Shown: piece after piece, positions 54,047 through 63,861 of the stretch
Layout of the letters: each line of letters starts with the position of its first letter
Position numbering within the stretch: the stretch's first letter is position 1
Assembly: GCA_963728075.1 (NCBI GenBank)
Contig: CAVSIP010000001.1
Coordinates: 684,251-748,250, forward strand
Source: an uncultured Actinomycetota bacterium
GTDB lineage: Bacteria > Actinomycetota > Actinomycetes > JAFAQI01 > DASSKL01
Length of the DNA stretch: 64,000 nt
Direction: 5' to 3'
Made by a program: the position numbers and the translations under genes
The notes under the pieces: model-generated
The model's database searches: none
What the model was told of the DNA's origin: nothing
The model's input: the letters and a program-made list of their open reading frames with translations, nothing else

Positions 54047-55137
54047 CCGCGCCTCCGCAGCTCCGCGTACACCGCCGCCACCTGGCCGACGGTGTCCTCC
54101 AGTGTCGGCCAGGTCGCCGCGAGGGCTCTGCCGTCCGCGACCAGCCTGCCGCGCAGCTCGGGGTCGTCGAGCAGCGTGGCGATCGCGCTGGCGACGGCGT
54201 CCGGGTCCGCGGCCGGGACGAGCAGCGCAGCGTCACCCACGAGCTCCGGGATGCCTCCGACGCGCGTGGCGACCAGCGGTACGCCCGCGCGCAGCGCCTC
54301 CTGGGCGACGAGCGCCCGGGCCTCCCACACGCTCGTGAGCACCGCGACGTCTGCCGCGGCCAGGAGGTCGGCGACGTCCGACCGGTGACCGAGCAGCCGG
54401 ACCGGGGCGCCGGCGTCCTCGACGAGCCGGCCGACCTGAGCACGCTGCGGCCCGTCGCCGGCGATCACGACCAGGGGCTGCGGGTCGCGGCCGGCCAGGA
54501 CGGCGGCGGCGCGGACCAGCGTGGCGAAGTCCTTCTGCGGGTGCAGCCGGCCGACCGACAGCACGACCGGGTGCTGCCCGGCGTCGAGCTCCCGACGCAC
54601 CGCGTCGCGGGTGCGGACCGCTGGGGGCAGCGGCGGCGCGGCGACCGGGCCGAGGCGGACGTCGCGCCCGCCGAGCAGGCGGGCCCGTTCCACCAGGTCG
54701 CTCGACGCGCCCAGCGTCACCGTCGCCGCGCGGGCGACGCGCCGTTCCAGCAGGCGGAACACGGCGCCGCGGGCGCCGCGGGCGAGCACCGCGTTGTGCC
54801 AGGTCACGACGAGCGGCGGGCCCGCGGCGGGCGGCAGCGACGCGAGCAGCCCCGCCCGCAGCCCGTGGGCGTGCACCACCTCGGCGCCGCGCACCGCCCC
54901 GGCGAGACGCGCGACCGCGCGGGCGTCTGCCAGCGGCCTGGGCCCCGCGGCGATCTCCACCGGGTGGAACGCGGCTCCCAGCGCGGCGAACCCGAACAGA
55001 GCGTCGGTCCCTGCCGGGCCGGCCACCCGCACCCGGTACCCGCGCTCGAGCAGCCCGGCGGCGAGCGAGTGCACGTGCCGGCCGATCCCGCCGGTGCTCG
55101 TCCCCAGCACGAGGGCCACGTCCCGGACGTCAGGCAC
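54043..55137 (-). CDS. glycosyltransferase family 4 (GT-B, GT1/GT4 superfamily)
   Basis: N-terminal GTSTGGIGRHV. C-terminal EX7E-like region (TSVWEARALVAQEALRAGVPLVATRVGGIPELV). Confidence 0.75.
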   Translation of the reverse strand: MPDVRDVALVLGTSTGGIGRHVHSLAAGLLERGYRVRVAGPAGTDALFGFAALGAAFHPVEIAAGPRPLADARAVARLAGAVRGAEVVHAHGLRAGLLASLPPAAGPPLVVTWHNAVLARGARGAVFRLLERRVARAATVTLGASSDLVERARLLGGRDVRLGPVAAPPLPPAVRTRDAVRRELDAGQHPVVLSVGRLHPQKDFATLVRAAAVLAGRDPQPLVVIAGDGPQRAQVGRLVEDAGAPVRLLGHRSDVADLLAAADVAVLTSVWEARALVAQEALRAGVPLVATRVGGIPELVGDAALLVPAADPDAVASAIATLLDDPELRGRLVADGRALAATWPTLEDTVGQVAAVYAELRRRG

Positions 55138-56743
55138 GGAGCACCCGCCGGGACAGCAGCGCCCGCAGGTCCGCGCGGTCGAGCAGGTAGGCCACTGCGA
55201 GGAAGGTCGGCGCAGCGACCGCCGCGACCGCGGCGCAGACGCCGACGCTGGTGAGCGGACCGGCGCTGCCCAGCGACCGGGCGAGCAGCGTGCCGACCGC
55301 CGCCGCGGCGCCGCCGGCGAGCAGGCCGGCGCCCGCGGCCCGGGCGACCCCGTCGACCGCGGCCGATCCCGCGCCGCGGACCAAGGCGGCCACCAGCAGG
55401 GCGCCGGCGACGGTCATGCCGATGCTGTTGCCGAGGCCGAGGGCGGCGACCGCCCAGTCGCGGGGCAGGGCGGCGACGAGCGCGATGTCCGCCACGATGA
55501 CGGTCGCCCAGCCGATCGCCGTCGACACGGCCGGCGAGCGGGCGTCCCCGCGTGCGTAGAGCGCCCGGGACAGGTGCGCGACCAGTCCGTAGCCGAGCAG
55601 GCCCGGGGCGAACGTGACGACTGCGCGGGCCAGCTGGGCCGGGTCCGCGTCGCCGCGGGCCCCGAGGATGAAGACCCGGGCGCCGGGAACGGCAGCCGCC
55701 GCCAGCACGGCCGCGGCGGCGGCGGTGGCCAGGAGCAGCGCGCGCGTGGTCCGGGCCACCACGTCGGCGTACGCGGCCTCGTCGCCGTCGGCGTGCCGCG
55801 CCGACAGCGTCGGGAACGCGCTGGTGGCGATCGGCACCGCGACCACCGCCCAGGGCAGCAGGAAGACGGTCCAGGCGATCGTGTAGAGCACCACCGCACC
55901 GGACGTGCCGTCGGCGTTCGCCAGGCGCAGCACGACCGCGGTCGCGACCTGCTGACCGGCGAGCACCACCGCACCCGACCAGGCCAGCCGGCGGACCCGT
56001 CTGGCCACCCCGGGCGGGAACCGCAGGGTCGGGCGCAGCCGGATGCCCGTACGCCGTAGCGGGACGAGCAGCGGCAGGGCCAGCGCGGCGACCCCGAGCG
56101 TGGTGCCGATGGAGAGGACGAGCTCCTCGCCGAGGCCGAGGCGGGCGAGGCTGCCGCGGGCCGCCCCGGCGGTGACCGCGTACAGGACGTAGGCACCGAT
56201 CACGACCAGGCTCGACAGCAGCGGCGCCAGGGCGGGCCCCAGGAACCGGCGGTGCGCCTGCAGGATGCCGGTGAACACCACGGCCATGCCGTAGAGCAGC
56301 ACCTGGGGCATGAACACGACCAGCATGCGGGCGCCGGTGTCGACGACCTGGTCGCGGCTGCAGCTGCCGTGACCAGCACCGACCAGCACACCGATCAGCG
56401 GGCGCGCGAGCAGCGCACCCGCCACCGCCAGCGGGACGAGCAGCACGCCGGCCCAGGTCAGCAGCGCGGACGACGTACGCCGCGCCTCCGCCAGGTCGCC
56501 GCGCTCCACCGCCCCCGCCAGGACGGGCACCACGAGGCTCGCCAGCGCACCTCCGGCGACGATCTCGAAGACGATGTTCGGGACCGTGTTCGCCGTGTAG
56601 TACGCGTCCCCGAGACAGTTCGGGCCGACCGTGCGGGCGAAGACGAGCAGCCGGCCGAACCCGACCGCCCGGGCGGCCACGGTGACGACCGCGATCAGCA
56701 GGGCCGCCCGGGCCAGACCTGCGCCTCGCGAGGTGCCGGTCAC
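55130..56743 (-). CDS. murJ: lipid II flippase MurJ (MviN)
   Basis: 14-TM MOP superfamily. N-terminal LGDAYYTANTVPNIVFEIVAGGALASLVVP. Confidence 0.85.
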   Translation of the reverse strand: MTGTSRGAGLARAALLIAVVTVAARAVGFGRLLVFARTVGPNCLGDAYYTANTVPNIVFEIVAGGALASLVVPVLAGAVERGDLAEARRTSSALLTWAGVLLVPLAVAGALLARPLIGVLVGAGHGSCSRDQVVDTGARMLVVFMPQVLLYGMAVVFTGILQAHRRFLGPALAPLLSSLVVIGAYVLYAVTAGAARGSLARLGLGEELVLSIGTTLGVAALALPLLVPLRRTGIRLRPTLRFPPGVARRVRRLAWSGAVVLAGQQVATAVVLRLANADGTSGAVVLYTIAWTVFLLPWAVVAVPIATSAFPTLSARHADGDEAAYADVVARTTRALLLATAAAAAVLAAAAVPGARVFILGARGDADPAQLARAVVTFAPGLLGYGLVAHLSRALYARGDARSPAVSTAIGWATVIVADIALVAALPRDWAVAALGLGNSIGMTVAGALLVAALVRGAGSAAVDGVARAAGAGLLAGGAAAAVGTLLARSLGSAGPLTSVGVCAAVAAVAAPTFLAVAYLLDRADLRALLSRRVLRA

Positions 56744-57609
56744 CGGAGGGCGGGGTCCGGTGGCGCGACCGGCTCCACGACGGCCGCTTCCGCCGGCCCC
56801 TCCCGGCGGCCGAGGGAGTCGAGGGCCCGCAGCACGGCCGTCCGCTCGATCACCGCGCTGAAGCTCACCCGCTCACTGGCGGCGGTCAGCGCGGTGACCG
56901 CGGCGAGGGCGCTCAACCGAACGCGCCGCGGGCTGCCGGCGAGCGCCAGCCCCAGCAGGGCCCCGAGGGGGTTCGCGCCGCCGTCGCCGAGCATGCCCCG
57001 CTCACCCAGGTCGTCCGGCAGCCCCGCGGCCGCCGCTCCGGCCACGGCGGCGGCCACCGGAGCGCCCGGCCCCGGGGTGGCCACGGCGGCAGTACCCGTG
57101 ACGAGACAGACCTTCAGCGCGCGGCCGGGTCGCAGGTCGAGCAGGTTCACCAGGTTGGCGGAGCCGGCCACGAGCGCCCCCGTGACGACGATGTCGGTGG
57201 CACGGTCCTCGGCGAGAGCGGCGGCGGCCAGCCCGGCGAGACCGATACCCGTGAGCTTGGCCAGCCCGGTCGTGACCTCGCCGCGGCGCAGCGCGCCGAG
57301 ATGTCCGCGGAAGCCCCGCGCGTGCGTCTGCCCGAACAGGTCGTCGTACACGCCCAGAGCCGTGGCGGTGCCGCCGGCCACCAGCGCGGCGCCGCGCAGG
57401 CCGGGCGTCAGCGCAGCGGCCGTGGTGGCGCCGAGGGCGGTCGCGGGCCCGACGAGCAGGCTCACCTCACGTCCGCGGTAGTTCGTCCGGGTCCAGCGGG
57501 CGGCTCCACCGGGCGGCCGGCGCCGCAGGCCCTGGCGTACGGCGAGTGTCACCGCCGCACTGGTCCCGGCGAGCACGGCGCACGCCGCGGCTCGGCGAGC
57601 AGGGCTCAC
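56740..57609 (-). CDS. hypothetical polytopic membrane protein
   Basis: 289 aa, Ala/Gly-rich with several hydrophobic segments. No confident family. Confidence 0.35.
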   Translation of the reverse strand: MSPARRAAACAVLAGTSAAVTLAVRQGLRRRPPGGAARWTRTNYRGREVSLLVGPATALGATTAAALTPGLRGAALVAGGTATALGVYDDLFGQTHARGFRGHLGALRRGEVTTGLAKLTGIGLAGLAAAALAEDRATDIVVTGALVAGSANLVNLLDLRPGRALKVCLVTGTAAVATPGPGAPVAAAVAGAAAAGLPDDLGERGMLGDGGANPLGALLGLALAGSPRRVRLSALAAVTALTAASERVSFSAVIERTAVLRALDSLGRREGPAEAAVVEPVAPPDPALR

Positions 57610-58592
57610 GGCCGCGCGCTCGCTGACGCGCTCGGGGAGCTGCTCGGGCCGGGCGAGGGGGTCGGGCCCGGGAAGGCCTTGACCGCGGCGGCGGCGGTGT
57701 CGAAGGTCGCGGCCTTGCCGGCGAGCTGGCCGGCCAGCGCGAACACGGCAGCGGTCCGCCCGCTCGGCAGGTCGGCGGACGGCACCGTGGAGACGTGGTC
57801 GGAGAAACCCCCGTCGTGGGTGATCGCGTCCAGTACGTTGCCGTCACCGGTGGCGGCGGCCGTGGTCAGCGCAACCACCGCTCCGGCGCTGGCCTGGTCG
57901 AGCTCACGGGCGAGCGCGACGACCGCAGAGTCCGTCGCTGCCTGGGTCTTCGGCTCAGCGGGCGCCGAGCCGACCAGCAGCAGGGCCGTGGTGCCGGGCC
58001 GCGGGTTCTCGCCGTGGACGGCGAGCAGCTGCCCGTCCGTGTACGCGGCCAAGGTGCCGGCGAGGTCGTCGGCAGTGGCCGGCGTCGCGTCGGGCTTGTG
58101 GACGAGGACCGACGCGAGCTGGGCTGCCGCCCGCTGGGCGCCGGTGCCCTCGGGAAGGGTCACGTCAGGTCCCGCCAGCCGGCCGGCCAGCGAGCCGAGC
58201 AGGGCGTCCTGGGCGGGGTCGACGTACTGGTCCCGCAGCTGGACGTCCGCGGCCACCGAGGCCCCGGCCGCGCGGAGCGCCGCCTCGGCCTGCTTGCGGA
58301 TGTCGGCGCTGAGGCCCGGGGTGCTCACCACGGTGACGCTCTGCCCGGCGAGCAGGCCGGCCACGGCGTACGGCTGCGCTGCCTCCGCGAAGGTCTGCTC
58401 GTCGGCGTTCTGCTGCTGCAGCGACTCGATCTCCTGCTCGAGGTTGGAGTTGCTGCGGGCGAGGTTGTTCGTGCGGCCCTGCAGGTCGTCGAGGATCGGC
58501 CCGTTGAGGGTCGTGGTGCCGACGATGATGCCGATGCCCAGCGCGAGGAAGACCGCCACGATCGAGACGACGTGGTAGCGGAAGTCGATCAT
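57606..58592 (-). CDS. MctB/SteB-like channel-forming protein (Rv1698 homologue)
   Basis: ATG at 58592 (MIDFRYHVVSIVAVFLALGIGIIVGTT) matches the MctB/DUF3186 N-terminus. Synteny with steA. Confidence 0.7.
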   Translation of the reverse strand: MIDFRYHVVSIVAVFLALGIGIIVGTTTLNGPILDDLQGRTNNLARSNSNLEQEIESLQQQNADEQTFAEAAQPYAVAGLLAGQSVTVVSTPGLSADIRKQAEAALRAAGASVAADVQLRDQYVDPAQDALLGSLAGRLAGPDVTLPEGTGAQRAAAQLASVLVHKPDATPATADDLAGTLAAYTDGQLLAVHGENPRPGTTALLLVGSAPAEPKTQAATDSAVVALARELDQASAGAVVALTTAAATGDGNVLDAITHDGGFSDHVSTVPSADLPSGRTAAVFALAGQLAGKAATFDTAAAAVKAFPGPTPSPGPSSSPSASASARP

Positions 58593-59779
58593 GAAACCAG
58601 CCCGTTCAGCCAGTGGGTGAAGTGGTTCCACTGCACCTGGAAGAAGGTGACGTACAGGTCGCCGGCCGGTGACACGGCCGCCGCCGCCGCCAGCGTGAAC
58701 AGGGTCGCCAGGGCCAGCAGGACGAGGGACGAGGTCTTGATCCGCGCCCGGTAGAGCATGCTCACGCCCTTGGCGTCGACGAGCTTCCCGCCGACCCGCA
58801 GCCGGGTGAGGAACGTGCTCGCCATCCCGCTGCGCCCCTTGTCGAGGAACTCGACGAGCGTCGCGTGCGTCCCCACCGCCACGATGAGGCTGGCGCCCTT
58901 GTCGTCGGCGATCAGCATCGCGACGTCCTCGCTGGTCCCGGCGGCCGGGAACACCACGGACGGGACCCCCAGCTCCTCGACCCGGGCCAACCCGGGCGCC
59001 CGGCCGTCGCGGTAGGCGTGCACGACGATCTCCGCGCCGCACCGCAGCGCCTCGGCGGAGACGGAGTCCATGTCACCGACGATGAGGTCGGGGCGCAGCC
59101 CGGCCTCGAGCAGCGCGTCGCCGCCGCCGTCCACCGCGATGATGGCGGGGCGGTACTCGCGGATGTACGGCCGCAGCGTGGCCAGGTCCTCGCGGTAGTG
59201 GTAGCCGCGCACGACGATGAGCACATGCCGGTCGTCGAGGTCGGTGCGGATCTCCGGGACGCCGATGCCGTCGAGCAGCAGGTCCCGCTCGCGACGGAGG
59301 TACTCCATGGTGTTGCTGGCGAAGGCCTCCATCTGGGTCGACAGCCCCGCCCGCGCCTCCGCCATGGCCGCCGTCACGCTGTCAGCGGTGAGCTGCGTCC
59401 CGCGCGCCAGCACCTCGCCGTCGTGGCCGTAGAGGGCGTCGTCGAGCAGCCGTACGGTGTCGCCCTCCCGGAGGGCGCCGCAGACGTCCGGGCCGACGCC
59501 GTCGAGCAGCGGGATGCCGGCGGCGACGAGGATCTCCGGCCCGAGGTTGGGGTAGCGCCCGCTGATGCTCGGCGCCACGTTGACCACGGCGACGACCTCG
59601 GCGGCGACGAGCTGCTCGGCGGCGACCCGGTCGATGTCGACGTGGTCGATGATCGCGATGTCGCCCGGCCGCAGGCGCTTGGCGAGATCCTTCGTCCGCC
59701 GGTCCAGCCGCGCGACGCCGACGACGCCGGGCGGCCGGTCGCCCGACCGGCGGCCTCGGCGTCGGGTCGCAAGTCCCAT
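58589..59779 (-). CDS. steA: SteA-like cytokinesis protein (Rv1697 homologue, thiamine-pyrophosphokinase-like fold)
   Basis: ATG at 59779. GDIAIIDHVDIDRVAAEQLVAAEVVAVVNVAPSISGRYPNLGPE matches Rv1697. Confidence 0.75.
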   Translation of the reverse strand: MGLATRRRGRRSGDRPPGVVGVARLDRRTKDLAKRLRPGDIAIIDHVDIDRVAAEQLVAAEVVAVVNVAPSISGRYPNLGPEILVAAGIPLLDGVGPDVCGALREGDTVRLLDDALYGHDGEVLARGTQLTADSVTAAMAEARAGLSTQMEAFASNTMEYLRRERDLLLDGIGVPEIRTDLDDRHVLIVVRGYHYREDLATLRPYIREYRPAIIAVDGGGDALLEAGLRPDLIVGDMDSVSAEALRCGAEIVVHAYRDGRAPGLARVEELGVPSVVFPAAGTSEDVAMLIADDKGASLIVAVGTHATLVEFLDKGRSGMASTFLTRLRVGGKLVDAKGVSMLYRARIKTSSLVLLALATLFTLAAAAAVSPAGDLYVTFFQVQWNHFTHWLNGLVS

Positions 59780-61537
59780 GTCCCGTCGATCGTGCCAGGG
59801 GCCCGGGACCGGTCGCGCGCAGCGCCGCCGCGGGCGTGGCGGGCTAGGCGGCTTGCTGCTCGCCGCGGCGGCCAGCAGCTCCTCCGCGTGACCGCGGGCG
59901 AGGTCGGAGTCCTCCAGGCCCGCGAGCATGCGCGAGAGCTCCCGGATGCGGTCCTCCCCCTCGACGGCGTGCACCCCGCTGCGCGTGACCGGCCGTCGTC
60001 GGTCTTCACGACGACCAGGTGGCGGTCGGCGAACGCGGCGACCTGCGGCAGGTGGGTGACCACGACGACCTGCGCGTACCTGGCCAGCTGGGCGAGTCGC
60101 CGGCCGATCTCGACCGCCGCCCGGCCGCCCACCCCGGCGTCGACCTCGTCGAAGACGAACGTGGGCACCGGGTCCGCGCCCGCGAAGGCGACCTCGACCG
60201 CCAGCATCACGCGCGAGAGCTCGCCCCCGGAGGCCCCGCGGTGCGATCGGGCGTGCCGGGCGCACCGGCGTGCGGGGTGAGCAACAGCTCGACCTCGTCG
60301 AGCGCCGGTCGCCCGCGCGTCAGCTCCGGCGTCGTCGCGTGACGGCGACGTCCAGGCGGGCGTGGCGGCATGGCCAGACCGGCCAGCTCGGCCGTCACGG
60401 CTGCGGCGAAGCTCTCCGCAGCTGCGGTGCGATGCTCGGTGAGCGTCGCCGCCAGGCGTGCCAGCTCCCCGGCGAGCGTCGCCTGCTCGGCCGCGAGCCG
60501 GTCGACCCGCTCGTCGTCGTCCTGCACCGACGCCAGCCGGGAGGCGGCGTCCCCGGCCCAGACGAGTCGGGTCGTCGTACTTGCGTTCCAGGGCGCGGAG
60601 CACCGCGAGCCGCTGCTGGGCGGCCTCCAGCCGCAGCGGGTCGGACTCGACCCCGCCCGCGTACGAGGCGAGCTCGCCGGCGACGTCGCTCAGCACGTAG
60701 CCGGCCTCCCCCAGCCGCCCGGCCAGCGCCTCGAGCGCCGGGTCGTGGCCGCTCTGCGCGTCGAGCGCGCGGCGGGCGGCGGCGACGAGCGCCGAGGGCG
60801 TCGGTCCCGTCCACGTCGTCGCTGGACAGCGCGGCGTGCGCCACGCCGGCGGCCTCGCGCAGCGCCTCGGCGTGGGCGAGCCGCTCCACCTCGGCCGCCA
60901 CGTCGGCCGTCCTCCCCCGGCTGCGGGTCGGCGGCGGCGATCTCCGCCAGGCCGAACCGCAGCACGTCCGCCTCCTGGGCGCGTTCCCGGCGGCGTGCGC
61001 GCAGGTCGTCGAGCTCGGCGCTGATCGCGCGGTGCTGCGCCCACGCGGCTGCGTACGCCGCGAGCGGCTCCCCGACCGCACTGCCGGCGTAGCGGTCCAG
61101 CGCGGCCCGCTGGACGCCGGGGCGCAGCAGCCGCTGCTGGTCGGACTGGCCGTGCACCGCCACCAGGTGCTCGGCCAGCTCGGCGAGCAGGGCCGCGGGC
61201 ACGGTACGGCCGCCCGCGTACGCGCGGGAGCGGCCCTCCGCCTCGACGGTGCGCGCCAGCAGCAGCGCGCCGTCGTCGAGGTCGGCTCCCGCCTCGGTCG
61301 CCCGCGACAGTGCCGGGGAGCCGTCGGGCAGCACGACCCGACCCTCTACGAGCGCCGCGGCGCGCCCGGCCGGACCAGGGCCGCGTCCGCACGGCCGCCG
61401 AGCAGCAGCGACAGGCCGGTGACCACCATCGTCTTGCCGGCACCGGTCTCCCCCGTGACCACGGTGAGGCCCGGTGACAGCTCGAGCACGGCCTCGTCGA
61501 TGACGCCGAGGTCGCGGAGGCGGATCTCCTCGAGCAC
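59780..61537 (-). pseudogene. recN: DNA repair protein RecN, interrupted by at least 6 single-base frameshifts. Probable sequencing artefacts.
   Basis: Fragments found in four frames: N-terminus (V)LEEIRLRDLGVIDEAVLELSPGLTVVTGETGAGKTM; middle coiled coil; the signature region GGELSRVMLAVEV...TFVFDEVDAGVGG...VVVTHLPQVAAFADRHLVVVK; C-terminus GVHAVEGEDRIRELSRMLAGL. At ~60010 there is a missing G in a CCGGG run. Confidence 0.75.
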
Positions 61538-61573
61538 GCCCCGACGATACGGAGGAGGGCCGACGGTGCCGGC

Positions 61574-62477
61574 TACGACATGCCGCGCCAGCCCTGCACC
61601 GGCAGCGCGAACTTCTCCACGAGCCGGTCGGTGAAGGGGCGCCGCGTCCAACCGGGCCAGCCGCACCGGCCGCTCCCCGCGGCACACCTCGATCCGCGCT
61701 CGCGGGGGCAGGTCCTGGGCGCGCCGCCCGTCGCACCACATGACCCCGCTCGCGGTGCCGTCGAGCACCTCGACGGCGATCACCGAGTCGGGCGCGACGA
61801 CCAGCGGCCGGCTGAACAGGGCGTGGGCGCTGATCGGCACCAGAGCAGCGCCTCCACCGTCGGCCACACGACCGGGCCGCCGGCGGAGAACGCGTACGCC
61901 GTCGAGCCGGTCGGCGTGGCGCACACGACGCCGTCGCCGCCCCAGCGCGACAGCGGGCGGCCGTCGACCTCGACGACCAGGTCGAGCATCCGTTCGCGGG
62001 CGGCCTTCTCGACCGAGGCGTCGTTGAGCGCCCAGTTGCGCGCCACGACCTCGCCGTCCCGGATCACCTTGACGTCGAGCGTCAGCCGCTCCTCGACGAC
62101 GTAGTTGCCGCTGAGGATCCGCTCGATGGTGGCGGCCAGGTCGGCACGCTCGGCCTCGGCCAGGAACCCGACCCGGCCGAGGTTGACGCCCAGCAGCGGC
62201 ACGTCCGCCGGTCGTGCGCGTACTCAGCGGCGCGCAGCAGCGTGCCGTCGCCGCCGAGCGCGAGCACCAGCTCGCACGCCGGCGGCGGCCCGCGGGTGGT
62301 CTCCACCACGCGCGCGGACGAGCAGGCCAGCTGCTCGGCCTCGCGGTCGATGACCCGCGTGGCCACCCCCTCGGCGCCAAGGCGCTCGGCGACGTGGCGC
62401 GCCGACCGTACGGCCGGCTCCCGCCCGACATGTGCGACGAGCAGGACCTCGCGCTCGCTGGGACGTTCCGTGCTCAC
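61574..62477 (-). pseudogene. nadK: NAD kinase, 3 frameshifts. Sequencing artefact, since the gene is essential.
   Basis: Segments: EREVLLVAHVGREPAV...[16 protein letters not shown] / [15 protein letters not shown]...[26 protein letters not shown] / [16 protein letters not shown]...CDGRR / C-terminus FTDRLVEKFALPVQGWRGMS only after removing one C from a CCCC run at ~61607. Confidence 0.75.
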
Positions 62478-63280
62478 GCCGGACCCTCCTCGACGGCTCG
62501 CTCGGACCAGCTCGACCACGGTGTCTGCGTTCCGCTCCCCGTCGTCACGCAACCACAGGAAGTACTCCACGTTGCCCGACGGGCCCGGCAGCGGGCTCGC
62601 CACCACCCCGGCGACCCCCAGCCCGAGCTCCGCCGCGGCCTCGGCGACGGTGCGTACGGCACCGGCGCGCAGGCCAGCGTCACGGACGACGCCGCCGCGG
62701 CCCACGTCCGCCCGTCCGACCTCGAACTGTGGCTTGACCATCAGGAGCAGGTCGCCGTTGGCGACCGTGCAGGCGCGCAGGGCGGGCAGGACCAGGCGTA
62801 GGGAGATGAACGACAGGTCGGCCGCGGTCAGCTCGGCGGGCCCTCCGATGGCCTCCGGGGTGAGCTCGCGCACGTTGGTCCGCTCGTGCACCTGTACCCG
62901 TTCGTCGCTGCGCAGCCGCCAGGCCAGCTGGCCGTACCCGACGTCGACGGCGACCACCCGGGCGGCCCCCGCCGCAGCAGCACGTCGGTGAACCCGCCGG
63001 TGGACGCGCCGGCGTCGAGGCAGCGGCGGCCGGACACCTGGGCACCGAACGCGTCGAGCGCTGCCGCCAGCTTGTACGCGCCACGAGACACGTAGTCGTC
63101 CCCGACGGTCGCACCGAGCACGCGTACCGCCGCGGCCGGGTCGACGGCGCTGGCCGGCTTCGTCGCCACCATGTCCCCCACGGTCACCCGGCCTGCTGCG
63201 ATGAGCTCCGCGGCCTGCTGGCGGGAGCGAGCCAGCCCACGGCGGACCAGCTCGGCGTCGAGCCGGGCGCGACGCGCCAT
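62478..63280 (-). CDS. tlyA: TlyA family rRNA (cytidine-2'-O)-methyltransferase (hemolysin A-like), one frameshift
   Basis: S4 N-terminus MARRARLDAELVRRGLARSRQQAAELIAAGRV and FtsJ-like domain (DAGASTGGFTDVLL... then VAVDVGYGQLAW...LLMVKPQFE in a second frame). No stop before nadK in the present frame. Confidence 0.7.
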
Positions 63281-63289
63281 CGGCGCGGG

Positions 63290-63442
63290 TCAGTCCTCGT
63301 CGAGCGCGGCCAGCGCGTCGTGCAGCCGCCTGTGCACGTCCTCGAAGACCGCGACGTGCTCGGGCAACGGGGCCGTGTCGAGCTGGCTGAGCAGGGCGAC
63401 GGCGGCGTCGACGCGGCGGTCGCCGGTGGGGTCCTCGGTCAC
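63290..63442 (-). CDS. hypothetical small acidic protein (~50 aa)
   Basis: Short GTG-initiated ORF between tlyA and the downstream coiled-coil gene. Confidence 0.2.
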   Translation of the reverse strand: MTEDPTGDRRVDAAVALLSQLDTAPLPEHVAVFEDVHRRLHDALAALDED

Positions 63443-63861
63443 GACGTCGTCTTCCTCGTGGTGGTCCGCTTCGCGGGCGCCTTGGCCGGCTTCGCCTTCG
63501 CCGCCGTGGTCTTGGTGGTGCGGCGGGCTCGCTCGCCGCGCAGCCGGGCGACGTCGTCGGTCAGATCTCGCACGGCCGCCTCGAGCGTCCGCACGCGCTC
63601 GGTCAGCGCGCGCACCTCGTCCGACCGGGCGAGACCCAGACGGCCGACGGACTGCTCGGCCTCGAGCCGCACCAGTGCGACCAGTGCCGTGCGGTTGTTG
63701 CGGGAGGTGGACACCAGGTCGTCGGCGACCTGCTGCACCTGCGCGGCGGTCGCCAGACCCTGGTCGACGAGCGAGCGCGCGAGCTGCCGGGCCCGGGAGA
63801 CCGTGAGCTCGGTGACCCCGGAGGCCAGGCCCGCGTACGTCTTCAACGCCTCGCTCACCAT
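63439..63861 (-). CDS. conserved hypothetical coiled-coil protein with a Lys/Ala/Thr-rich basic C-terminal tail
   Basis: 140 aa. Heptad-like N-terminal two-thirds; tail TTKTTAAKAKPAKAPAKRTTTRKTTS resembles histone H1/HU-tail (PAKK-like) repeats. Confidence 0.45.
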   Translation of the reverse strand: MVSEALKTYAGLASGVTELTVSRARQLARSLVDQGLATAAQVQQVADDLVSTSRNNRTALVALVRLEAEQSVGRLGLARSDEVRALTERVRTLEAAVRDLTDDVARLRGERARRTTKTTAAKAKPAKAPAKRTTTRKTTS

